Assembly (NCBI RefSeq): GCF_009914755.1
Contig: NC_060932.1
Reading direction: 5' to 3' (one strand)
Length of the DNA stretch: 64,000 bases
From: the human T2T-CHM13v2.0 reference genome, Homo sapiens
A program made the position numbers and the translations under genes. This document shows positions 26,721 to 41,316 of this stretch, one piece after another (positions within the stretch are counted from its first letter, which is position 1; every line of letters starts with the position of its first letter). The notes below the pieces were generated by a model. The model did not search any database. It was given only the letters and a program-made list of their open reading frames with translations, and was not told where the DNA came from.

Positions 26721-28299
26721 ATGCATTTGACTACTGCTTAATGGGACATTTGTTATTGAACAACAAACAAGTGGACCTTTTAGGTACATCATTTTGGGAG
26801 TAGCCATCAGTTATTCAAAGCTAAAATCTAGTTGAAATCATGGTTTTAAGAATCCTTATTGTAACTATGACAATAAAAGACTGCATCATCTTTTAAAATC
26901 TTCTTGAGATTAACAATCAAGTCTCATGATCGATTGGTTGGTAACACAGATTCTATAACCATGGATTTTTGAGCTTGTGTTCTTTATCCTTTTGATTTGA
27001 TAAGAATGCTGAAACTCTGGGAAGGCATCAAAGTTAACATTGCCGTAACACTAGAAATATGTGAAGAAATATAGAAGTAACGAAGAAAATAAGTCAAATG
27101 TGTTGTTAATCTTCTAGAACAAGCTTAAGTCTGGCTATAGTAATATATTTTCAAAACATTGTATTTTTGTATGTTTTGTCTACTAATGAAGGTGTTGGAG
27201 GCATTCAAAGGAATCATTAAATTCATTCTAAATCAGTAAGTCTATTCTAAAGTGTTTAAAGATATTTAATTAATTAAGTTTATAATAAGTGTTAAAATAT
27301 CAAAGAAAAATGTATTGGAAGTTTTACTGGCAAAAATTTAATAAATAGAGAATTCAAAAATACAGCAAAGAATGAGTGTTTTCCATGCACAAAAGCTCCC
27401 TGATATTAAAAAGCTGAGGGGTGGATGGATGGGCTTTGAGGTAGGATCTGGGCAGAGCATCACTGTATCCACTACAATTGTCATTTTATTTTACCTTCCC
27501 CTTGTAAGGTCAAATAAAATGTTAGAATATATAGATTCATAGACTATCAACTCTGAGAGGGACCTTAAATATCACATACTTTATTATGGAACACTTAGCA
27601 CAGATAAAAAAATTCAAACACTCACTAAGAGTCACTTCATCAAGGTACCAAAACATAGGTTAAGCTACTTCACTATGTTTTAGATGCTCACACTGTATCT
27701 TTCTTCACGACTTCATAATAAAGATTAAGCGTTGTGTTTTGGATAGTCCACGTTGTGCTGTAAGTGTGCTACTAAATTCCATACCAGATACTGCCTCTGA
27801 GAAGCTTCAGAAGAAGCAATGAATTATAAAGAATGCTAATGCGTAGTAACCAGGGGTTACTGGTGGGAACATCACAATCACTACCTAGGACAGCTGAAAT
27901 TCCTAGAAGCAGGGAATTGAACCAGGGACCAAACAAGGTCCCTATCAGCTCTTTAGCTCTGGACTGAATTGAGAAAGTATTATTGTTTTTAACTGGTTCC
28001 CATTTGGCCTTATTAAGAGTTTAATTGTGCTTTTACTCTAACCTTTTATCCTCTTGACATTTCTTTCCTTAATTTTATAGGTTTTTTTGTCTCCCTTCAT
28101 TATAATTTTCTTCTTATATTATACTATATTTCCTTCTGGAAAAAGAAGTCTGTGTCTGCCACTTTGTTAGAAGGACCAGCAGAAAAATATTCTTAAGAAT
28201 AGAAATTGCCTTTATTAGCTGAGTTGATGAAAGAATTATATGAGGCAATTATTTCCCACATCTCTGAGATCTTGGCCATGAATTTTAACAATAATTGCT

Positions 28300-28600
28300 T
28301 GCAAGTGTATTTTCTTTTCTATTGTATTTAACTTGAGAGGAAAGATACTTCTTTACCTCTTTGTTTCCCCAATAACTGGTATAGGTCCTGACACATGGTA
28401 AACTCTCAATAAATGTTTTTAAATGAATTAATAATTGGTAACATATTATAATTGTTCATTCAAATATCTACGTCTTTACTAGACTGAATTTAAAGAATGG
28501 AAGAAAATCTTATTAACCTTTGTACTACTACTAGTTCCTGCATTAACTGTTTATGTAGTAGGTACTCAATACATTGCAATGAATGAAGGAATGAAAAAAG
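28300..28600 (+). mobile_element. Two tandem L2 3'-end fragments
   Basis: cctgacacatggtaaactctcaataaatgttttt and atgtagtaggtactcaatacattgcaatgaatgaaggaatga. Confidence 0.55.
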
Positions 28601-29054
28601 AAATGAGATGGACTAGGAGGAACTCTGCATCTTTACTTTAGGGTTGTGGATGTAAAATTATTTTTCTTCCATTCCTGTCATTGATGTGGGCAATTCCACA
28701 GTATTCTTATGTACTGCCTGCTGCTAAAAGAGCCTCTTGATGAAATAAATCTAGAATTTAGTAAGAACTCAAGGTAATTTTTAGAAATGCAATTACTTCT
28801 TCACAGGGTGAGAGCACTGTCTACCTAAAGTGAAAGGAAATGATTATGGTAGGCAAAGAATACTGAAAGGAGAAAGCTTTGCTACTCTCTTAATGTTTCC
28901 CTGGGTCATCCCCAGGTACTATGGAAAGACATTGAGACAGTCTAGCCTAGTGTGTAAGTACTAAAATCAGAAAGAAAAGCATATGCAACAGCATTTCTAT
29001 AGGACTAAAGAGGAAAGCAAGTGAAACAAGGCAAATGGACAAACGAAAAGCTTC

Positions 29055-29660
29055 AATAATTCATCAAAGAAACAATCAAAAATAGATTTAAGTGCTTACT
29101 GTGTCCTAGGAATTGTGATAGGTACTGTAGATATAGCAATAACTAGCAAATGTTTTCTCTATGCTAAAGAGTTTCCTAGGTTGTAGGGGAGATTGATATT
29201 GAATGAATACCCTCATGAAAAATGATATGTTTACAGTTGAAAAAGTGATATGAAGGAAAAAAAATCTGGTTCCATGTTGCATATAACAATGGGGCTACCC
29301 TAATCTGAAAGGTCAGCAACAACATTCCTGAGGAGGCATCTTATAACACTAGAGGGACAAAAAAAGGCATTAGTAATACAGAGAGAGAAGGAAAGCTATT
29401 CTAGATACAACTGAGAGTTCATGAAAAGACCCCAAGACAGAACAAGCTTGAGGTTTCTTAGAACCAAAAGATGATTGTTATGGTTGGAGCTTAGTGAGAA
29501 AGGGAAAGAATGGAGCAAATTACAGTGGGAGAGGAAAACAAAAGCATCAGATAAATTATGTAATGCCTGAAGGCCAAGGAGCTAGGGTCTTATTTTAATA
29601 GGAAGATATTGACTAATTTAATAGAATTTATGGAGGTATATCACCCAATTTATATTTTTA
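29055..29660 (-). mobile_element. L2 3' fragment
   Basis: atttaagtgcttactgtgtcctagg...tgataggtactgtagatatagcaat. Confidence 0.65.
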
Positions 29661-32600
29661 TAAATAATGAATGTGGAAAATGGCAAACTAGGAAGCTCCA
29701 GGCTCTCCAACTCCCTCAGAAATACCAAGTAAACAACAACATACCCATCAAGGTAGCTCTGTGAGAACTCTAGAAACCATTAAGGATCTGCAACAACTAA
29801 CAAATGCATAACCAAGAAAAATCCACAGGCAAAATAGTAGAAATTTTGTGGTACTTTTTCAGATTTAACTCACTGTTTCCCTGATGCAGCAAGGAAGAGA
29901 AGCCAACCAATGACTGATTATTCTTTCGGGATAAAAAATAAAAAGAGTAACGCTTATTTGCAACATTCTGGCTCATATAGGGGGCTGGCCAAGGGACTTG
30001 TTTCTATCTTGCCTGACTTGAAATATTGACAGAAATTATGGCAGAGTTTGGATGTCAAGTTGGGAGTTGCTGAAAACAGTTTAGTCATGATGGCATGAGA
30101 GGGCTTCAGGATAACTGCAGACCCATTGGTGCCTGGGGCAAGAGATTACAGGAAGAGGAATACAGTAGAACATCTAAGGCCCTGAGAAGGAGCAGAGGTG
30201 AGACTCTTCTGGGAATCAAGATTTTAAAAGCAAGGGAATTGGATAAAAAGCACATGCACTGGCCCAGGAAAGATGAATTCCAGGAAAAGGCCTGAGGAAA
30301 CCTTAAGCTTTTACACCGGGCCAGTTTGTGAAGGTCTTCCCCTGCATGGAGCCAGTTTCCAAAGACTATCTATGGTGGCTATTTTATTCAAATGCCAAAT
30401 TTTCAACAGTGTATTATAAAGCATATAAAGAAACAGAGAAACATGGCCTCTTCAAATTAACAAAGCAAATATACCAAAACTGACCTGAAAGAAACAGGCT
30501 TCAGACTTACTTGACAAAGATTCAAAAGCACCTGTCTTAAATATGCTCAATGAGATAAAAGAAGTACAAGGGCAACAAACTAAAGGAAGTCAGGAAAATA
30601 ATATATGAAACAATGAGGATTTTAACAGATATAAATTATGAAAAAGAACCAAACATAAATTCTTGAACTGAAAAATACAATAACTGAATTTAAAAATTCA
30701 CTAGAGGGCTTCAACAGCAGACTTGACTGGATAGAAAAAAGAATCAGCAAACATGAAGCTAGGTCATTTGAAAGTAAGAAGTCTGAGGACAAAAAAAAGG
30801 GAAGTATGAAGAAAAGTGAACAGAGCCTAAGAGACTTACGGAATAACAGTAAGTGGACCAATATACATATTACATGAGTCCTAGAAAGGGAAGAGAGAGA
30901 GAGAAAGGGGAAGAAAGTTTATTTGAAGAAATAATAGCTGAAAAAAATATCAAATTTGAGGAAAAACATGGAAATACTTTTCAAGAGGCTCAATACATTC
31001 TAGGATAAACCGAAAGAGACCCACACTAAGACACATTAAAATGAAACTGGAAGGTGAAAGACAAAGAATCTTGAAAGCAATAAGAGAAAAGCTATTTTTC
31101 ATGTACACAGGATCCTAAATAAGATTATCAGAAGATTTCTCCCCAGAAATCTTGGAGGCTTCAAAGTAGTGGAGTGACATATTTAAAGTGCTGGAAAAAA
31201 AATCCTGTCCACTGAAAATTTGATAGTTGGCAAAAATCCTTCAAAAATGAGGAACAAATTAAGACATTTCCAGATAAACAAAAGCTGAAAGAGTTAAATG
31301 TCATTATGCCTGCCTACAAGAAATGCTAAAGAAAGTTCTTCAATTTGGAATGGAAGGACACTAGACAGAAACTCAAAACCATAGGAAAACATACAGTTTC
31401 CAAGTAAAGGTGAACACGTGAACAAATTTAAAAACTATTGTTGTAATTATGATCAATAACTCCACTTTTTTGTTTTATAGGACTTAAAAAACAAAATAAA
31501 AAATTATAAATCTATGTTAATGAATACACAATATATAAAGGTTTACTTTGTAACATCAACAAACAACATAAAGTGGGGGGTAGGCAGAGCAATAAAGGAG
31601 TACCATTTTTTCTGTATTTGGTTAAAGTTGTCATTATTTTAAAATAGATTGTTACAACTTTAGGACATTATATAATCCCCATGGTAATCACATAGAAAAT
31701 ATCTATAGAATATACACAAAAGGAAATGAGAAGGAAATGAAGACATATCATTACAAAAAAATCAAACACAAAAAAAGCAGTAAGGGAGGAAAAGAGGGAT
31801 AACAAAGCCACAAGATATATAGATAGCAAATAACAAAATGGTAATAGTAAAAACTTTCATATCAGTAATTACTTTCAAGTCATGTAAATAGATTACATTC
31901 CCCAGTCAAGAGACATAGATTGGTAGATGGGCAGGATGGAAAAAGAAATCAAACTATCCAACTATATACTGTGTACAAGAGCATATAGTTGGAAGTGAAA
32001 GATTTAAAAAAAACATATTTCAAGCAAACAGTGGCCAGAAGAGAGCAGAGGTGGCTATACTAATATCATACAAAATAGACTTTAAATAAAAAACTATTAC
32101 AAGAGACAAAGAAGGACATTGTAGAATGATAAAAGGGTTAATTCACCAAGAAGATATAATAATCATAAACATTTATGAATCAAACATTAGAGCTCCTAAA
32201 TACAGAAATAAAAAGTGGACAGAATTGAAGGGAGAAATTGACAGTGCTACAATTTTAGTAATAAACTTCAGTACCCGACCTTTAATAATGAATAGAAAAA
32301 TCAGGCAGATCAATAAGGAAATAGAGAACTTGAACAGCACTATAGACAAATTGGAGCCAATAGATACAGAACACTACACCCAACAGCAGCAGAATACATA
32401 TTTTCTCAAGTATGCATGGAACATTCTCTAGAATAAATCACATGTTAAAATACAAAACAAGGCTTAATAAATTTTAAAAGATTAAAATCACAGAAAGTAT
32501 CTTTTTTATTACAATGGAATGAAACTAGAAATCAACAGCAGAAGGAAAACTGGAAATTCTACAAATATGTGAGTTAGACAACACGATATTCAACAATGAA

Positions 32601-32761
32601 TGGGTCAAAGTGAAATCACATAGGAAATTGTAAAATATCTTGAGGCAAATGAAAATAAAAACACCATGTGTTGAAATGTGTGGAATGTAAGAAAAACAGT
32701 GTTAAGACAGAAGTTTACAGTTATAAATGCTTACATTAAAAAATGCAAATAAATAACCTGA

Positions 32762-32870
32762 ATGTATACATATGTAACTAACCTGCACGTTGTGCACATG
32801 TATCCTAAAACTTAAGGTATAATTAAAAAAAAGAAAAATAAATAAATATTAAAATTCAAAAAAAAAAAAA
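32762..32870 (+). mobile_element. Very short L1PA 3'-end stub with a two-part A-tail
   Basis: atgtatacatatgtaactaacctgcacgttgtgcacatgtatcctaaaacttaaggtataat is the last ~60 nt of young L1PA. Confidence 0.9.
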
Positions 32871-34573
32871 GAGAAAAAGGAAAATAGAGAGGGAAAAAGC
32901 TAAGATGGCTGACTAGATGCAGCCAGGAAACATCTATCCCACAAAGAGAACTCAAAATATTGAGTAAATCATCAGACTTCATACAGATCTTTTGAGAGAA
33001 AACACTTAAAATCAATAAACACAGAGACACTGAGGTTGAAGAGGGAGGAAGCTGGGAAGCCTGCACAGAGTCATCGAGTAGCAGGACTGGCTTCTGGTCC
33101 TGAACAGGTCGCAAGGAAGGGGTGAGTGAAGGAACTTTGGGGCACCACACCCCTGCCATGGACCTCTGGGATCCTAGCTACAAGAGAGCCCATGACCCCA
33201 ACGGACATTTGAATTGGCAGGGGGAAGTGCCTGAAGAGTAGGCAGAGGTAGAGCTCAAACCTGCATGGAGCCCAGAAGGTTTTGCAGTGCACAGGGCAGC
33301 TACAGCAAAATGCAACCATAAGTTCCCATCCCTCAAGACTCTCCGTCTTTCCCTGAGTAAGTGTAGCCCTTGCTGACTGTCAGGCTGGGAGAGAGGAGGG
33401 CTACCTTTCTCATGGGACCAGGGCACATCTGATCCACATGCCGTCTTTTCTGCTGGCCTCATGCTCCTTCAAAAGGGTACGTACAGCACAGCCTCTACTA
33501 ACCCACCTGAGTGTTTTGGCAGCTTCCTGGGAGCAGTTCATATCCCCAGCACTGCTGGTGCTTGACCCTAGGGAGCCTGAAGACAAAATTGCAGGATGGT
33601 CCCAACCCCCCAGAGTTCAATCATACCACCCAAGGGTATTGAGCTGAAATCTGTGGCCAGAGCTCAAGCAGGAAGGAGCCCCACTCTCAAAACACAGAGA
33701 AGAATGAGGCATGGGTTCCTGTGTCAGTGTGAGTGCTAGATGTTCCTCCCTCTGCAAAACTGGTCTGGGCAAGGTGTAGTCTGTTGGCCAGCCACAGCTT
33801 CTGTTTGAGGGAGCCCTGGAAGAGCCCAGTGATCTGGGCACAGAAGGTTTTGGACGAGTTTAGCTGTTCAGGCCTGCTCCTGTGGCAGACACTGGAGGGA
33901 GACCTGGTAGGGAGATGGTGAGCTGGGTGGACTCCACAGCCATTTGCTGGGCTAAAAGATCCCAGGGCAAGGGCATCACACCAACTGCACACCTGTGGTA
34001 CCACAGCCCTACCAAGGGATCCTCCACCCTTGACCCACTGCATCACGAGACCACCACCAGATATATCCCACAACCTGGTGTGACTCTCCCAAACTCAGAG
34101 GACTAGCAGGTTCACAGAGAGTTGCAACTGTCCTTGTGACCTAATCTTTGGCATTGGCCACCCCTAATGGAGGGCCGAGTGCAGCCTACAAGGGCCCCTT
34201 TTGGGCTAAGGAGATGTAGATATGGTGCCAGTGATTGAAGGGGGTTTCTCCAAGGTCTGGGAACAGCCTTGGTGAGAGGGTCATCTCTTGCCCCATCTCC
34301 CCCTCCCCAGAGCACTGCTGCATAATCGCTGAAATACAAAAGTGGTCCACAGCTCAGTAAGAGCCTATTTGCTGGCCCATATTCTTAAGTGCTATCTACT
34401 GTATCAAAGCTTGAATTATACCACCAAACAAAAATAAATTTCTTCAGCATAGAAAGCCTGTGAAACTCAAAGCAGGAAACTAGCCACAACTAAGGAACCC
34501 ACACAGAACTTTGGCCCTCTGAAAGCACCCAGAAAAGAAGCCAATAGATTATGCACTAGAAGTACCACAGTCA

Positions 34574-34881
34574 GGCCGGATGCAGTGGCTCATGTCTGTA
34601 ATCCCAGCACTTTGGGAGGCTGAGGCAGGCGGATCATGAGGACAGGAGATCAAGACCATCCTGGCTAACATGGTGAAACCCCATCTCTACTAAGAATACA
34701 AAAAAATTAGCCAGGTGTGGTGGCAGGTGCCTGTAGTCCCTGCTACTAGGGAGGCTGAGGTAGGAGAATGGCATGAATCCAGGAGGTGGAGCTTTCAGTG
34801 AGCCAAGATCACGCCACCACACTCCAGCCTGGGCAACAGAGCGAGACTTCTCTCTAAAAAAAAAAAAAAAAAACAAAAAAA
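34574..34881 (+). mobile_element. AluY-type SINE inside the L1PB 5'UTR
   Basis: gaccatcctggctaacatgg and ggagaatggcatgaa...ggagctt are Y-type; flanking repeat accacagt. Confidence 0.92.
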
Positions 34882-37800
34882 ACCACAGTAAAATCCTCAA
34901 GGGAAAAAATATAGAAACAAAAAGCCCCATTCGCACAACAGAAACTACAAAAAGAAAAGTAAACAACAGACCCCCAGATAAAATGTAATCAGGGAAAGAA
35001 CTCCAGCAATTCAGAGAGTCAGAGTGTTTTCTTACTTCTGAAGGATTGCAATAGCTCCCCAGCAATGGATCTTAACCGGATTGAAATGTCTGAAATGTTA
35101 GACATAGAATTCAAAATCTGGATGGAAGGAAGCTCAATGATATTCAAGAGAAAGTTGAAATCCAATTCAAGAAAGCCAGTAAATGATCCAAAAAGATGAC
35201 ATGGTCATTTTAAGAAAGGACAAAAATGAACTTCTGGAATTAAAAAATTCACTACAGAAATTTCAAAATGCAATTTGAAGCATTAACAACAGACTAGAGC
35301 AAGGTGAAGAAAGAATTTCAGAGCTTGAAGACCAATCCTTTGAATCAACCAAGTCAGACAAAAATAAATAAAGAAAGAATTAAAAAAAATGCAGTCTTTA
35401 AGAAATATGGGATAATGTAAAGAGACTAAACCTGTGAGTCACTAGCATTCCTAATTGAGAAAGAGAATAAGCAATGTGAAAAATATATTTGAGAATACAG
35501 TCAACGAAAATTTCCCAATCTCTCTAGAGAGGTTGATATGCAAATCTGAGAAATACAGAGAAACTGCAATAGGTATTATACAAGATGACCATCTCCAAGG
35601 CACAGTCATCATTCTTTTCAAAGTCATTGTTTTTTTTCTAAGAAATCCAAGAAACACAGAGAAACTGCATTAGATATTTTACAAGATGACCATCTCCAAG
35701 GATCATAATCATGATTCTTTCCAAAGTCAACACAAAAGAATAAGCTTAAAGGCAGCTAGAAATTATGGACAAATCACTTACAAAAGAAACCCATCTAGCT
35801 AAGAGAAGCCTTCTCGGCAGAAAACTTACAAACCAGGAGAGGGTGGGGGCCTATTTTTAGTGTTCTTAATATAAAAGAAATTCCAACCTAGAATTTTGTA
35901 AATCACTAAACAAAGCTTCATAAGCAAAGAAGAAATCAAATATTTTCCAGACAATCAATTGCTAAAGGAATTTGTTACCACTAGACCAGCCTTACAAGAT
36001 ATCTGTAAGGGAGTTCTAAACATGGAAACAAAAGAACAGTATCTGCTACCAAAAAAACACACCTAAGTACATAGCTCATAGAACCTGTCAAGCAACTACA
36101 TAATTGAGAGTACAAAGAAAACAGCTACCAACACCATGACAAAATCAAAACCTCACATATCAATATTAAGCTTGAATGTAAAACAACTCAGCCATCTGCT
36201 GTCTTCAAGAGACTCTTCTCACATGTAATGACACCAAAAGGCTCAAAGGAAAGGAATGGAGGAAGATCTATCATGCAAATGGAAGACATAGAAGAGCAGG
36301 CATAGCTGCTGTCATATCAGATAAAACAGACTTTAAACGAACAATGGTAGAAAGGACAAAGAAGAGCATTGCATAATGTTAAAGGGTTCAATTAAACAGG
36401 AAGACTTAACTATGCTAAATATAGGTGCACCCAACATGGGAGAACCAAGATTCATTAAAAAGTACTTCTAGTCTTATGAAAAGACTTAGACAGTCACACA
36501 GAAATATTGGGGGACTTCAACACTCTGCTGGCAGCATTAGAAAGATTGTTGAGGCAGAAAATTAACAAAGATATTCTGGATTTAAACTTGACACTTGACC
36601 AATTAGCCTAATAGATACCTACAGAATACTCCACCTAACAGCCACAAAATGTATATTCTTCTAATCTGCACAGGGAACATACTACAAGATTAATCACATG
36701 CCTTGACCATGAAGAAAGTCTTAATAAATTAAAAAAGATGAAATTATACCAACCATAGTCTTGGGCCACAGTAGAATAAAAATAGAAATGAATACCAAGA
36801 AGATACCTCAAAACCAACATTACATGTAAACTAAACAACTTGCTCTGAAATGACTTCTGGGTAAACAACACAATCAAGGCAGAAATTAAAAAATTCTTTG
36901 AAATAAATGAAAATAGAGACATGCCATACCAAAACCTCTGGGATGCAGTAAAAGCAGTGGTAAGAGGAAAGTTTATAATGCTAAACACTTACATCAAGAA
37001 ATTGGAAAGATCTCACATGAACAATCTAACATCACACCTACAGAAACTAGAAAAATAAGAACAATCTACCTCAAAGATAGCAGAATAAAAGAATAACAAA
37101 AATGAGAGCACAACTGAATGAAATTGACACCCCAAAATCCATACAAACAATTAACAAACCAAAAATGAATTATTTGACAGGATAAACAAGAATGATAGCC
37201 AAAAGGAGATCTAAATAAACACAATCATAAATGACAAAGATGATGTTACAACTGGTCTCTCAGAAATACAAAAGATTATCAGAGACTATTATGAACAGAT
37301 CTATGGAAACAAACTAGAATATTTAGAGGAAATGGAAACATTCCTGGAAAAATACAACCTTCCAAGTTTGAATCAGGAAAAAATTGAAACCCAGAATAAT
37401 GAATTCTGAAATTGAATCAGTAATAAAGAATCTACTAATAAAAAAGAGCCCTGACCAGATGGATTCACAACCAAATTCTACCAGAAGCACAAAGAAGAGC
37501 TGGTAATTCTACTGAAACTATTCCAAAAAAAATCAAGGAGGAGGGATTCTTCCCTAACTCATTCTACAAAGTCAGCATTACTCTGATACCAAAACCTGGA
37601 GAAGACACAATGAAAAAAGAAAACTATAGGCCAATATCCCAGATGAAAATATATGCTAAAATCCTTAAAAAATTACTAGCAAACTGAATCCAGCTGTACA
37701 TCAAAGAGATAATTCACCACAGCCAAGTAGACTTTATTCCTTGTATGCAAGGATAGTTGAACACACATAAAGAATACATGTCATTCACCACATAAACAGA

Positions 37801-38321
37801 ATTAAAAACAAAAACATATGATCATTTTAATAGATGCAGAAAACGTTTTTGATTAAGTCCAATACACCTTTATTATAAAAACCCTCAAGAAACTAGGCAT
37901 TGAAGAAACATACCTCAAGATAATGACATCTCTGATAAACCCAGAGTGAACATCATACTGATTGGGCAAAAGCTGGACGCATTCTTCCTGAGAAATGGAA
38001 CAAGACAAGGATGCCCTCTCTCACTATTCCTTTTCAGTATAAAACTGGAAATCTTTTCTGGAATATTCAGGTAAGAGAAAGAAATAAAAGGCATCCAAGT
38101 AGGTAAAGAAAAAGTCAAACTATCTCCCTTCACTGATGACATGATTCTATACCTAGAAAACCCTAAAGTCTTTGCCAAAAAACTTCTAGAACTGATAAAA
38201 GAGTTTAAGTAAAGTTTCAGTATACAGAATCAATGTACAAAAATCAGTAACATTTTTATATATATCAACAGTGTTCAAGCTGAGAGACAAATGAAGAATG
38301 CAATCTCATTTACAATAGCTA

Positions 38322-38375
38322 TAAAAATAAAATAAAATAAAAAATAAAATAAAATAAAATAAAATAAAATAAAAT
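38322..38375. repeat. (AAAAT)n microsatellite inside L1PB ORF2
   Basis: Read directly from the sequence. Confidence 0.92.
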
Positions 38376-39397
38376 ACATCTGACCAAAGCGGTGAGAGAT
38401 CGGTACAAAGATAATTAAAAAAACACTACCAAAAGAAATCAGAAATGACACAAATGGAAAAACATTCCACATTCAAGGACTGGAAGAATCAGTATTGTTA
38501 AAATGGACATAGTGCTCAAAGCAATGTACAGATACAATGCTATCATTGGTAGTTTCCTATCAAACTACCAATGTCATTTTTCATAGAATTAGAAAAAGCT
38601 ATTATAAAATTTGTCTGGAAAAAAGAGTCCATATAGCCAAAGCAATCCTAAGCAAAACAACAACAAAAATAAACAAAGCTAGAGGCATCATATTACCTAA
38701 TTTTAAACTATACTACAATGTTACTGTAAGCATAACAACATGGTACTTGTACAAAGTTGTACATATAGACCAACGGAACAAAATCAAGAACCTAGAAATA
38801 AAGCCGCACACCTACAACCAACTGATCTTCAACAAAGTCAACAGAAATAAGCAGTGGGAAACAGGCTCCCTATTCAATAAATGGTGCTGTGATAACTGGC
38901 TAGTTATCTGGACCCCAATTTATCACCATATATAAAAATTAACCCAAGGTGGATTAAACACTTAGACCTCAAAGTATAAAAATTCTAGAAGAAAACCTAG
39001 GAGATATCCTTCTGGACGTTGGCCTTGGCAAAGAATTTATGCCTAAGTCCTCAAAAGCAATTTTATAAAAATAAAAATAAAAATCAATAAGTGAGACCTA
39101 ATTAAACTAAAGAGCTTCTGCACAGCAAAAGAAGCTATCAATGGAATAAAAAGATAACCTAAAGAATGAGAGAAAATATTCACAAACTATGCATCTGACA
39201 AAGATCTAATATCCAGAATTTATAAAGAACTAAAATAATTCAACAAGTAGAAACAAATAATCCCATTTTAAAAATTGGGCAAAAGACATAAAGAAACACA
39301 TCTCAGAAGAAGACATGCAAATATCCAACAGATATATCAAAAAATGCTCCACATCACTAATCATAAGAGAAATGAAATCAAAACCACAGTGAGATAC

Positions 39398-39757
39398 CGT
39401 ATTCATCTGTTCTCATGTTGCTAATAAAGACATAACCAAGACTGAGTAATTTATAAAGGAAAAAGGTTTAGTTGACCCACAGTTCAGCATGGTTTGGGAG
39501 GCCTAAGGAAACTTAGAATCATGGCCGAAGGGGGAGCAAACATGTCCTTCTTTACATGGCAGCAGCAAGAATTGCTGAGCAAAAGGGGGAAATAAAACCA
39601 TCAGATCTCGTGAGAACTCACTATCATGAGAACAGCATGAAGGTAACCACCTTCATGATTAAATTACCTCCCACCAGGTGCCTCCCATGACATGTGGGGG
39701 TTATGGGAACTATAATTCAAGATGAGATTTGGGTGGGGAAGCCACCAAACCTCATCA
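39398..39757 (-). mobile_element. THE1 solo LTR inserted in the L1PB ORF2 end
   Basis: Antisense THE1; the L1 reads gagatac|...|catctcacaccagtcaga across it. Confidence 0.9.
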
Positions 39758-41316
39758 AACAGCATCTCACACCAGTCAGAATAGCTATTATTGAAAAGTC
39801 CAAAACAATAAATACTGGTGAAGCTGCAGAGAAAAGAGAACCCTTATGCACAATTGGTGGGAATGTAAATTAGTTCAACCATTGTTGGGAGCAGTTTGGA
39901 CTTTTCTCAAAGAACTAAAATAGAGCTACCATTAGACCCAGCAATCCCATTACTGAGTATATACCAAAAGAGAAATAAATGGTTCTACCCAAAAGATAGA
40001 TGCACTCATATGTTCATTGCAGCACTATTCACAATAGCAAAGATATGGAATCAACCTAGGTGCCCATCAACAGGATTGGATAAATAATATATGGTACATA
40101 TACACCATGGACTACTGTACATCCATAAGAAAGAATGAAATCTTGTCCTTTGTGTTATTATGGATGCAGCTGGGGGCCATTATGCTAAGTGAATTAATAC
40201 AGAAACAAACCAAATACTGTACGTTCTCACTTATAAGCAGGAGCTAAGCATTGGGTACTTATGGACATAAAGATGGGAATAATAGACACTAGAGGAGGGA
40301 GAAAGGTAGAAGGGCAAAGGCTGAAAAACTATCTATTGTATACTATGCTTACTATCTGTGTGACAGGATCAATCATACACCAAACCTGAGCATCATGCAA
40401 TATACCTATGTAGCAAACCTGTATGTGTACCCCCAAATCTAAAATAAAAGTAAAAACAAAGGAAAATAGAAAAAGATAAACAACACAGATTAGAAGAAAA
40501 TAGAAAAAGCATACAGAAAATTAATGAAATCAAGAGTTGTTTCTTCCAAAAGGTCAACAAAATTGACAAACAAAACTTTAGCTAGATTGACTAAGGAAAA
40601 AGGAGATACTATTCAGATAGCTAAAATTAGAAATGAAAGCAGGAACATTCCAACCAATTTTATGGAAATGAAAATGATTGTAAGTATTATGAAAAAGGAT
40701 AACCTAGATAAAATGGATATATTCCTAGAAAAAACAATTCATCAAGTCTGAGTCTTGAAGCAATAAAATCTCAACGGTGTATAACTATTAAGGAGACTGA
40801 ATTAGCAACTTAAAACCTCCCCACAAAGAAAAATTCAGGTGCATATGGCTTGACTGGTGAATTCTCACAAACACTAAAAAAAAACTAACATCTGTCTCCC
40901 TCAAACTCTTCCAAGAAACATATAAGTAGGAAACACTTTCAAACTTATTCTATGAGACCAACATTACCCTGAGGTCAAAGCCAGAAAAAAACATTGCAAG
41001 ACCAATATCCCTGATGAATATTGATCCAAAAATCCTCAACAAAATAATAGCAAACCAAATTCAACAGTACATTAAAAGGTTTCAACACCTATGTTCAAAA
41101 TATGAATATTGATCAATGTAATATACCATATTAACAGAATGAAGAAAAAACTCACATAATTCTCTCAATTGATGAGAAGAAACATTTGACAAAATTAACA
41201 CACTTTTCATGATAATAACATGCAACAAACTAGGAATAAGAGGAAACTACCTCAACCTAATAAAGACCATATATGAAAAGCCCATAACTAATATTATACT
41301 CACTGTTGAAAGACTG

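Larger units (their letters stand above)
32889..40457 (+). mobile_element. Full-length L1PB-like LINE-1 (decayed)
   Basis: 5' aagatggctgactagatgcagccagg, ~2 kb GC-richer 5'UTR, ORF1 and ORF2 remnants, 3'UTR ending gtacccccaaatctaaaataaaag; exact 13-bp TSD AAAGGAAAATAGA (32876-32888 and 40458-40470). Confidence 0.9.

Noticed and set aside
32900-34400. GC-richer block with many overlapping ORFs, resembling a gene promoter or first exon
   Set aside because: It is the L1PB 5'UTR inside the 13-bp TSD, and it is CpG-depleted.
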